Of a DNA stretch of 64,000 nt, positions 53,461-64,000 are shown one piece after another. The position numbers and the translations under genes are program-made. Below the pieces are notes generated by a model. It did no database searches, was not told the origin of the DNA, and saw only the letters and a program-made list of their open reading frames with translations. Source of the stretch: Octopus vulgaris (lineage: Eukaryota); NCBI GenBank assembly GCA_951406725.2, contig OX597826.1:1736001-1800000 (forward strand), read 5' to 3'. How positions within the stretch are numbered: the first letter of the stretch is position 1; each line of letters begins with the position of its first letter.

Positions 53461-55494
53461 CTGAAATTAAAAGGAAAGAAAAACGAAAAGGAAAAAAGAA
53501 AAGAAAAAGTATAAATATAAAATACGGCGACCGGAAATGGTTTGTCATAGTATTTCACTGTTGACTTAACCAAACGGATGTGTAGTCCAGCAGTAATTCC
53601 AACAATCCGTTCAGCAATAAGAATAGGGAAATTACAAAGATAAAAGTGAATAAAAACAATAAAAAAATCAATGAACCAGAGAAAGAATATTATTATCCAG
53701 TTATTTCAATGAATATTATCTAATAAAGGCAATGTTATATTGTTTAATAACCAGTTCGGTATGGCCTGCTGGCTTTTGTTATATATTTGTATATTTTTTG
53801 TTCAGTTTCGAGAGAGGAAATAACGCTAGTAACAACGACAGCATTATAAGATTCCAAATTAACCTATTTGACCCTATTTTTTTGTGTGTGTCTAGCAGAG
53901 GAAGAAAGAAAAGGCAGTTTACTTCTCTTTTCTACCAACCTTCCTGTGTAATAAGTTATGTTACATAGAAAATTAATCAGGTTTCATTTTCCTTTTGTTT
54001 GTTTTTGGCTGGTGGATGTCAACCAATTAGCCTCGTTGAAGACAATCTACAGGTGAAACAAATCGAACGACAAAGGAAGTCCTGTTATAGGCCACAAAGT
54101 TGGAAATTTTGCGGGAGGATGCCAATCAATTACATCGATCCCAGTGTCCAGATTGGTACTTATTTTATCGACCCTCGAAATGATGAAAGCCAAAGTCGGG
54201 CTGGGAAACGGTTAAACTCAGAGCATGAAGATCCGTGTCGTCAAGCATTTCCTCCGACATGCGATCGATTCTGTCAGCTCGCAGCTTTTAACAGTAATTG
54301 TTCCTAAATTTGGCACAAGTTCGGCAGTTTTAGAGGAAAGGAATAGTCAAATATATTGACTCCAGTGTATAACTGGCACCTGATTTTAGCGACTATATGC
54401 ATGATGCTGGGGATGTATAATGAGCACTTTTGCGCCTTTAACGATAATATTGCTTCCCTCCCGGTGGCGACCAGCAAGACGCTGCCGGGAAATGGGACCA
54501 AAATCTAACAGAATGAGAACGGACAAACAATAAATGAATAAACAAACAATACAGATGTGGACATACGAAAATGAATAAATGTATTTCCAGACGAGACCAT
54601 TAGTGGACGGATGAGAGAAAAAACCCGAAATAAATGAACAAACAGAATATAGCCTTAGGGTTAGACGAAGACGAAAGTATGGATAACGCTAAGAGGGGAA
54701 TCCTAAAGAACTAGAAACAAAAGGACAACGGACAGCGAAACAGGCTGAAGTGAATACTGGAGAAACTACAACCGTTTTCCTTCAACGGTCTGCGTGAAAA
54801 AAGAGAGAAAGTAAAAATGACTACGGGTCACGTGTCAGTAGTAGGTGGGAGAAAAGTGGTAACGGACAGAGAGGGAAGAGGAGAGAAAGAGAGAGAAATG
54901 GAGAAAATTTTGGAGTATTGTTGTGTAGCAAGTGGCTTGATTTGAAACCGTGTGTTGACATTAAAGCAATCCACAAAAAACATACTCTTAAATTCACGTT
55001 TCCATTTACTTCTAAAATGCCAAAAGTTTTTTTGTCGTCACTTCCGACTTGGTCACTCATACAATTCCACGTAGATTTCAACAGCCCAAGAAATAAACGG
55101 AAAATGATTTTAACAGTTTAGGTGAATTTTTTTCAATAGCTAAAACGGCTCTTTCACGATACAATTGTTTCAGTTTCAATATGCGGTCTCAAACCAGCTC
55201 ACTTTTTAGGCAAGTCAAAAACGATCAAAGGTTGCTCCCGAGCCACAGGTTCATGGGGCCGATTTCCTGGTTTCTGTGGCGTATATATTCTTCCTGTGGA
55301 TGGAACGCAGGTCTGTTGCAGGATTACTCATTTTTGCCAGCTGAGTGGACTGGAGCAACGTGAAGTGTTTTGCTCAAAAATGCAACACACCGCCCGGTTC
55401 AGGAACCGAGACTACAATCTTACGATTGTGAGTGCAACACCCTAACCACTAAGCCACTACTTAGAAATTTCGAAAGCTGTTTTGAAGTCTAAAC

Positions 55495-55815
55495 TAGTGG
55501 TTCGCAACCAGGGTCCGTATAAGATTTTGGTAGGGTCCATACAAGCAAAATATTAAATTTCGGATCAACAGTAATATATTAAGGGTCTATGAAAATGCTT
55601 GGATTTAAATGTATGTATTGCAAGAAACCGCTAAATTTATTTCTCTAACGTTTTACATAGTTCACCCTACACGAGTTAATGTGTGAAAAACAAAATAGGG
55701 GTTTTGAAAGAAGTTTCTATAAAACTAGTTTTTAAACATCGAATGGCTGTGGGGGTCCACCAGAGTGAAACAGTAATCAAAAGAGTCCATAGGTAAAAAC
55801 GGTTGAGAACCACTA
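55495..55815. mobile_element. hAT-type MITE
   Basis: TIRs TAGTGGTTC(G)CAACC / GGTTGAGAACCACTA; imperfect 8-bp TSD GTCTAAAC/ATCTAAAA. Confidence 0.75.
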
Positions 55816-57776
55816 ATCTAAAATGTAGAAAATGTATAGGTTACCTTATTTTATTAGTCATACTGGTGTACAATTAAATTATGAATAACATGTTTTTCTA
55901 GACACCCAGGAATTAGTATTGAGTTTTAAAAAACCCTTAAAATATTCGAAAATCAATGACATAACAAGAAACCTCTTACGATACACATTTTGGAAACTAC
56001 TGGTTTAGTTCCGACCACTAGAGTAGTTAGTTGGAGGGTAGAGGTGGTCCACCCCGGCTGGCACTTTTAAAGGGGTGACCTTTTGGGTCTACAGTAGGCA
56101 TTGTTTTTTTGTGGAGTCCGTGGGGTCGCAAACGGAAGGGCCGCTCCAGGCCGCACACACTCTAGCTACGCTAGTGATTCCGACGTATGTGTTCTTCCTT
56201 TTCCAATATCAATCAATATATTTTCGAGTTTTCTTTTAAAGACACCAAGGCAGTGTTTCCTCATAGGGGAGGATGTGACGATTTAAGAGAGAAGAATAGG
56301 GACAAATTACTATGATTAGTAAAAGTAATAAGGTTTAATAATAATAATCCTTTCTCTTAGAGACACAGAGCCAGCAATTTTGGAAGAGAGGCAAGGCGAT
56401 CAGTAAATCGTTTCTGTAAGCTAGGTTATCGGTTTCAAATTTTGGCATAAAGCCAGCAAGTTGGAGAGAAGCGATAGGTGGATTACATTGACCCCAGTGA
56501 ACAAGTGGTACTTATTTTATCGATTACGGAAGGATAAAAGTCGACCTCAGCAGCATTTGAACTCAGAACGTAAAGACGGACGAAATGCCGCTAAACATTT
56601 TGTCCGGCATGCAAACGATTCTGCCAACTTGTCGCCTTAAAACACCACCACCAACAACAACAATAATATCCGTGATGCTTCGGAATATGGCGATCTTTCG
56701 ATACTAGTAACATGGAAAGCCAAAAATAAAAAAAATCAAGGCCAGTGGCCTACTCCAAAGTAGAGAAGCAAAGTGAATCGTTGAGATTTTATTTTTCTGG
56801 TAGAATTACAATGTCTTACGCTTAAAACATATCTCAAAGAAATATTTCGTAAATAAAGAGGGACAAAAATGAAAAAGTTAAACACATTTACGTACGTCGA
56901 CTTCAAGGTGAGAGAAGGGAAAGGTAAAAAAAATTGAATTTGTGGGATTTGGGGGGGGGGGCTGGGGGGGTAGAATTGCAATCTCTTATGTATAAAACAT
57001 ATAATTCAGAGAAATATTTCGGTAAAAAAGTTAGTCAAAAATGAAAATGTCGCAGATTTGCGTATTCCAAATTTGAATGCGGTTTGATCAAGACGGGAAA
57101 AAATGTCACGGTACCCAGTGGGTGTGCTTACTTCGAAACTGCTGTCTTTGTTTTGTATTATCAAAAACAGAATAGATATAAAATTTAATATTAAAAATTT
57201 CTGTTCAAAATCTGTTTTTATAATTTGCATGTTATTTAGCCAACAACAAATACAACCTAAATGATGTTGCTGTACGAATTATAATAGAGGTTGTACAAAA
57301 AGGTAAAATGCAAAATAAGACACCAACAAAAGATTTTGGGAGGTACAATAACAAATTTAGTACAATGAAAAAAACATGAACATACCTTAGGTAAAGAAAT
57401 TAATTTCCTTTTGTAGTTATTCGCAAACGTTTTGCGGTAAATATGGACAAATATGTTTCTCCAATTATGTCACTGAATAAAAAGTCAGGTGAACACCAAA
57501 TGAAGGAACATTGCAACGAATAATTGTATTTAATTTTTGTTTCTCGCAGCCTTTTAAAAATTTTATCTAGATTAATATTTCGATTGGTTTTTGTAATGTA
57601 ACTCTACGGTTTTGATTAAGACTGTTCCATCTCCTTCGATAAGGAGAACAAGACGTGATAGCGTGCAAGATTAGACACCGGAAGTAGTATTCATGTTCTT
57701 TCAGCGCATGGCTATCCTCTGAACAAATGTAACAACATATAACTCTGCAGTTTGGAGTTCTCCTGCTGGATACTTG

Positions 57777-58205
57777 GGATCATTTCTCCGTTTGAACGGC
57801 AGTTTTTTCTTGCGGTGTCATATGAAATTGTCACCCATAATTATGACCCTAGTATCGATCTATTGCATTTCAATCTATTTTAGAGTTAGGGTTGGTTAGG
57901 GTTAGGGGTGGGGGAAGGGTATCTTTTTTTCTTCACAAATGTAAATAAACCCAATCTGTTTCTTAAACGAGGGATATATTCATACGGCACAGAATGTTTT
58001 CACCTCAAATAGACGTCATTGATTGGTTGAAATTGCAGAAATTGAAGAAAAAAAACAATAAATATCTTACAAACTATAGAATCTTCTCAATAAAGCCAAG
58101 AGAAAAAGATGTTTTATAAACACATTCTACCAGTATACGAAGTTTAAAGGTGTTTAGTTACGTGGAAATTATTTTGAAAAACTGCCGTTCAAACCTAAAA
58201 GATCC
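57777..58205. mobile_element. TIR MITE with GG...CC ends and a perfect 8-bp TSD (Merlin-like)
   Basis: GATACTTG|GGATC...GTTTGAACGGCAGTTTT ... AAAACTGCCGTTCAAAC...GATCC|GATACTTG. Confidence 0.75.
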
Positions 58206-58479
58206 GATACTTGTTGTTATAGTAGAATTATTGGCTTCAAGTTTGGGCCTTCCATACTGAATTGCTTCTGATTACAGTAAATATTGTCCTTCAAGTTAGG
58301 GGCCCCAAACACTGAAACTTCTGGTTACAGTAAAATATAGCTTTTGAGTTCTATGAACGACTATTTAGATTTAATCCAAATATTGGTAACACTTCTTAAA
58401 TCCAATATACTTTGAATTACATTGAATGTTTCAGTGACTTTGCACCTATTTTACCGTCGAATATTGCGAATTACTAATG

Positions 58480-59022
58480 CGGCGGTCGGGCAGAAACGTT
58501 AGCACGTCGGGCGAAATGCTTAGCGGTATTTCGTCTGCCGTTGCTATGTTCTGAGTTCAAATTCCGCCGAGGTTGACTTTGCTTTTCATCCTTTCGGGGT
58601 CGATAAATTAAGTACCAGTTACGCACTGGGGTCGATGTAATCGACTTAATCCGTTTGTCTGTCCTTGTTTGTCCTCTCTGTGTTTAGCCCCTTGTGGGTA
58701 GTAAAGAAATAAGTATTTCGTCTGTCTTTATGTTCTGAGTTCAAATTCCGTCGAGGTCGACTTGCCTTTCATCCTTTCGGGGTCGATAGATTAAGTACCA
58801 GTTGCATACTGAGTCGATCTAATCGACTGGCACCTCCCCCCAAATTTCGGACCTTGTGCTTAGAGTAGAAAAGAATCGTTAGCATGCCGAACCAAATGCT
58901 TAGCAGCAGTTTGTCCATCTTTACGCTCTGAGTTCAAATTCCACCGAGGTAGACTTTGCCTTTCATCCTTTCGGGGTCGATCGTTCCCTCAAAATTGTTA
59001 GCCTTGTGTCAAAATTTGAAAC
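58480..59022 (+). mobile_element. cluster of three SINE copies of the GGTCGACTTTGCCTTTCATCC family (others: 59588-59820 +, 36755-36988 -, 56350-56638 -)
   Basis: Head GGCGGTGAGCTGGCAGAATCGTTAGC...GAGTTCAAATTCC; central domain resembles Meta/MESC-type SINE cores. Confidence 0.8.
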
Positions 59023-60703
59023 CAGTATTGTGAATTGCTGGATATTTAAGGTCGATCCAATACACTCTAGATTAAATGCTTCGATGATCCTGTAGTTGTT
59101 TCTGCTACCTTCGACTTTTGTAAAGTACTGGATATTTATTAAAGTTGATCCCAAAATACTCGGGTTGATTACAAAATCCAATTCACTTTAAATTAAACAA
59201 ATTACAGTAACTAAATTGAACAGCCACGATAAATCAACAGACTTGTTTTATGTTTTATTATTCTGCTTTTGTTATATTGTTATTCCATGCTCATTAATAG
59301 ATTTGGCTATTTCATTTCTCTACTTAGATGCATTAAACTTGACATAGAATAATTTAATTGAGATTAATTATTAATTTTCTCTAAATTACATCTATTGAAC
59401 GAATCAAATTATTATTAATATATTTTAGATACAGTAAATAGAGGAATTTCCTCTTAATTCAAAGTCTATGGAAGGGGAGATTGATTAAATTTGATCCTCA
59501 TTTTCTCTCAGGACAATTAGTCTTGTATACACGTTGTTGTTATTGTTGTTGTTGTAATAATTACTTGGGTGGTAAGTCGTCTGATAAGGTGGTGAGCTGG
59601 CAGAATCGTTAGCACGCCGGGCGAAATGCTTAGCAGTATTTCGTCTGCCGCTACGTTCGGAGTTCAAATTTCGCCGAGGTCGACTTTGCCTTTCATCTTT
59701 TCAGGATCGGTTAAATAAGTACCAGTTATGCACTGGGGTCGATATAATCGACTTAATCCGTTTGTCTGTCCTTGTTTGTCCTCTCTGTGTTTAGCCCCTT
59801 GTGGGTAGTAAAGAAATAGGTAAGTCGTCTAAATCGTTAGGAGCGGTGGACAAAAACAATCTCGCTGTATTTATCTCGGCTCTTTACATTTTGAGTTCAA
59901 AATCCTGCCATTCTTTCGAGTGAGGGGTGGGGGGCAATAAAATAAAGTACCAATCAAGTACTGGGGTTATAATTTATAATTATCAACTAGGCGCAGGCGT
60001 GGCTGCGTGGTAAGAAACTTGCTTCCTAACCACATGGTTCTGGGTTCAGTCCCACTGCGTGGCACTTTGGGCAAATGTCTTCTACTATGGCCTCTTGCCC
60101 ACAAAAGCCTTGTGAGTGAATTTGGTAGACGGAAACTGAAAGAAGCTCCACGTAAATACATATATATGTACAGGGTGCGGTGAATAAATTGTCGTCTAAA
60201 AAATGAAGAAGGAAGGTAGAAAATCGATTGTATTCACAGCTACAGAATTTTCAGAAGAAATTGGTTTAGTCTCCCAACAGATAAAGCCAAAGCCTAAAGC
60301 AGCAATAAAAATGGTCACGTTGAAGACAGGTTAATCGTTTTCACAGCCGGAACCGAATATTCTGTCGGTTTACTTAACAGTTCACGTAAAACAAAGCTTC
60401 GTCATTGAACAACATACAGTCTTCTATGAAATGGTGGTTTTCATCCAATTGATTAGAGAATCATTTACACACGACCAGTTGTCGTCTGCCGGGGTCGTTC
60501 TCCGTAAAGTTGATTTTTATATTTTACTTGTTTCAGTCATCTGACCGCGGCCATGCTGGGCACCGTCTTGAAGAATTTTTAGTCAAACAAATCGACGCTA
60601 GTACTTATTAAAAAAAAAGAAAACTGGTCTATCGGGTTTCTTTTGCCGAACTGCTAGATTACAGGGACGTAAACTCATTAAGACTGGTTGTTAAGCGATG
60701 GTA

Positions 60704-60765
<62 letters not shown>

Positions 60766-60970
60766 ACACACACACACGACGAGCTTCTTCCAGTTTCCGT
60801 CTACCAAATCTACTCACAAGGCTTTGGTTAGCCCGAGTCTATAGTAGAAGACACTTTCCCAAGGTGCCAAACAGTGGAACTGAAGCTGCTTACCATATAG
60901 CAACACCTGTTGATGAAGTTTTGTAACTTGTTCGGCTGAAATTTTTATTCAGTTCTACGCCATATGCCCA

Positions 60971-61014
60971 CAGGCTACTAACCCCAAGGTTCCTAGTTCG
61001 ATTCCAGGCAGTGA

Positions 61015-61071
<57 letters not shown>

Positions 61072-61206
61072 CAACAACAACATGGAATGAGAACCCAGGT
61101 TCGAAATTTACTCAAGTCACCTGATGAAGGCTGGAGAGTATATCAGCCGAAAGTTGTGTTAACAACAAACAAGATGAGGACAAATATCTGTCAAATGTAA
61201 ATAATG
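60971..61206 (+). mobile_element. tRNA-like head, (AAT)n, then family B hammerhead/pLTR-like unit
   Basis: GGCTACTAACC..AAGGTTCCTAGTTCGATTCCAGG; CTGATGA at 61121, stem II GGCTGG/TCAGCC, GAAA at 61149. Confidence 0.6.
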
Positions 61207-61747
61207 AAATTTTTATTGTTTGAAAAAGTTGTTCGGTGGTTTCTCCGTTTCGCGCAGTGGGACCGAAATCGTACCTGAGTGGTTGCAAAACTTACCTTTA
61301 CCACACAACTACGGTTTCCTCCGCTTAAAAAATAAAATTAAAAAAAAAAAACACCAGCAACACAACACAATACAAAAGCATTCCAAAAGGAAAGAGAAAA
61401 CCAGTCGAGAATATCACCGGCGCATTAAGTATAACTTTAGTAGCTAAGACTGTATAACATTCCAAGCATAAAGTAGCAGGCATTATTAATTCATTAACCA
61501 TAGCAAGTAGCGAGTTAAACGCTCCAGTGTAATAATAGATTAGGAGATGAAAGAATTAAGGAGTCTCGATATAAATAGGATATAAATAACGACTATATTT
61601 AGAGTAGAAACTGGCCAAAAGACGACGACAAACGGTTATTTGTAAACGAGTCGAAGAAGAAAGGAGAAAAATGTTAGAGAATAGGTTAAGTTATTCTAGG
61701 GTTTGTTTATAGATGTAATGTATATAGTTGGAAAGAGCTACGGATTC

Positions 61748-61749
<2 letters not shown>

Positions 61750-61821
<72 letters not shown>

Positions 61822-62370
61822 CTGTATGTATGAATGGACAGAAGGATGTATATGTGTGTGTGTGTGTATGCACGTAGGTGTGTATGTATGTATGCAGCAT
61901 GTATGTGTATGTCTATAGATGTATGCATGTATCTATGTGTGCATGTATATATGTGCGTACGTATGAAAGGACGGAAGGATGTATGTATGTCTGTATGCAT
62001 GTGTGTATGTATGTATACACGTAGGCGTGTACGTATGTATGCAGCATGTATGTCTATAGATGTATGCATGTATTTATGTCTGCATGTATGTATGCATGCA
62101 TGCATGTAGATGTGCATGTATGTGTGTGTATGTATGTATGTACGTATGTATGTGTGTATGTGTGTATGTATGCACGTAGGCGTGTACGTGTGTATGCAGC
62201 ATATGCCTATATATGTATGCATGTATTTGTGTGTATATATGTACGTATATATTTATAGATGTGTGTGTATGTACGTATGAATATACGCATGCATATCTAT
62301 ATATACATGTGCATCTATGTATGTATGTACATATGCACGCATACATATATGCTTGTAAACATATACGCAC
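61750..62370. repeat. (TG)n/(TATG)n-derived compound satellite with higher-order CACGTAGGCGTGTA...GCAGCATG units
   Basis: Seen directly (units near 61871, 62018, 62173). Confidence 0.85.
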
Positions 62371-62845
62371 ACTTGGTTCAAGGTTAGATATCATTACATA
62401 TGTGGATCTAATTACTAAACTTCTTGAATGTTTCACATATTTTGACAGTGTCTTTGATAGCTAGTTGCTATAATCTTTTGATTATGCGTTCTCTTTCCGG
62501 TTTTGTGAAATTTAACCTCTCGAGTTGGCATCGATGCTGCTAGTCATGTTCCCAAATGCACAAGTAATTATTGGCAGGAATCTAAAGACTATAGTCCGGA
62601 TGATAAACCTGTGGATTTCCTATTAGTTCGGCATAAATGTTGCCTTTGTCAGTAATCTATGATATTATGTTGACATCATATAGTCGTAGGCGTGGCTGTG
62701 TGGTTAAGGGGTTTGCTTCCTAACCATGTGGTCTTGGGTTCAGTCCCACTTCGCAGCAACTTGGGCAGGTGTCTTCTACTATAGCCTCAAGCTGACCAAA
62801 GCATTGTGAGTGGATTTGGCTGACGGAAACTGAAAGAAGCCTGTC

Positions 62846-62879
<34 letters not shown>

Positions 62880-63111
62880 GTGTGTGTGTGTGTGTGTGTA
62901 TGTGTGTGTATTTGTTCCTCACTACCGCTTGACTGTCAGTTTTGATTTGCTTACGTCGCCGTAACTTAGCGGTTAGGCAAAAGTGATTGATAGAATAAGC
63001 ACCATATTTTAACAAAGCAAAATACTGCTGTCGATCTGTTCGATTAAAAATCCATGAAGGTGATGCCCCAGCATGGCCGCAGTCCAATGAGAGCCACAAG
63101 TAAAAGATATG

Positions 63112-63345
63112 AAAATCTCCTGGGCAAATGATTTCAGTTGTTGCGCATAGGTTCTTTTCCCTGTTCCTAATCACGATGTCTGGTCTGTTACGCTTGCATT
63201 TTATTGAAGTGTTAATCGAGATCTTCCACCAGCTTTCTTTCATAAAATTGCGCGTTTATACTCTCCATGTCACCGTAGATCCTTTTTATTTGTCTCCTCA
63301 GGATTGTCAGCATCTTTGAAAAGCAATTTATCTGAAATAGACATC
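63112..63345 (-). mobile_element. RLE-type (R4/Dong/NeSL-like) non-LTR retrotransposon endonuclease fragment
   Basis: WWKISINTSIKCKRNRPDIVIRNREKNLCATTEIICPGD matches W...I.T.....NRPDIV.......C..IE...P. Confidence 0.8.
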
Positions 63346-63349
63346 CTGC

Positions 63350-63830
63350 AATAAATAGCGAGTGCGAAAGCGATCTGAATTAACCAACTGGAAAAGATGT
63401 CTTCCTAGGGTTGAAGCTGCTGTAGCATCTTCTCATACAAAACATCCACGTTAAAGTGGCGATAAACACTCCTTTTTGAGTCGTATACTGCTTCTATCTC
63501 GGATGGAGATTTTCTAACGGATTAGTTTCCTAGTTACAAAATCAGTGATTATATGACATTGTATTCCCTGTATATCGCAAGCGACTTTGAACTGCTGCTA
63601 TGCTTGGTAAACGAATGCCCACAACTGAGGAGATCCAATAAGATCGAAATCACGTGGTCTGGTGGTCTTGAAGCTAGGGTGGCAGGAGTTATCTCCCGCT
63701 TGCACTAAATATGGAGTGCGGAAGCGCACTGAATTGATCAACTGGAGGAGGTGTCTTCCTGGGGTTGAAGTAGCGGTTTCGTCATCACTTAGAGAAGACC
63801 CACGTTAAAGTGGCGATAAACACTTCCTTA
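63350..63830 (+). mobile_element. second locus of the ~354-bp monomer retrozyme-like family (about 1.35 copies)
   Basis: Diverged direct repeat starting at 63360 and 63714 (CCACGTTAAAGTGGCGATAAACACT identical in both). Confidence 0.7.
63619..63665 (+). ncRNA. type I hammerhead ribozyme with an intact catalytic core (family D)
   Basis: Stem I CCACAA/UGGUGG (1 mismatch); CUGAGGA; stem II GAUC-CAAUAA-GAUC; GAAA; stem III AUCA-CG-UGGU; triplet GUC, cleavage after 63659. Confidence 0.85.
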
Positions 63831-64000
63831 GACATGGACAAGCTTTTTCCAGAAGCGAGGCGTATGAAGTATGACTCATCAGCAAGCGGGCCGCACTACT
63901 AGACAAAAAAAGAAAGAAATTCAAGGTAAATTTTTGTTGCCATTCAGTAAGTCCAACGGGCCGCAGTTTGCTCATTACTGATCTAAAACGTAAATTAACC

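Noticed and set aside
63757-63813. Resemblance of CCTGGGGTTGAAGTAG...TTAAAGTGG to bacterial 23S rRNA
   Set aside because: The intervening and flanking sequence does not match; the segment is explained as part of the 354-bp monomer
63840-63890. Minus-strand CTGATGAGTC (63873-63882) as another hammerhead
   Set aside because: No closing stem II (GAC-GAAA) and no stem I or III can be formed

Overview
AT-rich, microsatellite-dense eukaryotic DNA. The SINE families present point to an octopus or other coleoid cephalopod (inference from recognised repeat consensus, not from a search). No intact host protein-coding gene, rRNA, true tRNA or CRISPR array can be supported. The window is a mosaic of tRNA-derived SINEs, decayed mariner/Tc1, hAT and Merlin-like MITEs, Helitrons, and fragments of RTE, RTE-X, CR1/L2, RLE-type and Penelope (GIY-YIG) retroelements. 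A few candidate minus-strand exons and an apparent CpG-decay boundary suggest that the left ~50 kb may be intronic. The main finding is a concentration of type I hammerhead ribozyme motifs from at least four unrelated repeat families. (i) A ~354-bp tandem-monomer family occurs at two loci (37.6-38.2 kb and 63.35-63.83 kb) and looks like a non-LTR retrozyme; the copy at 63619-63665 has a fully canonical core. (ii) A near-perfect foldback at 18.0-18.2 kb carries two identical hammerheads. (iii) A Penelope pLTR-like unit with a minimal hammerhead occurs four times, and one copy sits behind a tRNA-like head. (iv) A fourth family has a non-canonical CCGACGA core. All structures were folded by eye and none has been tested.
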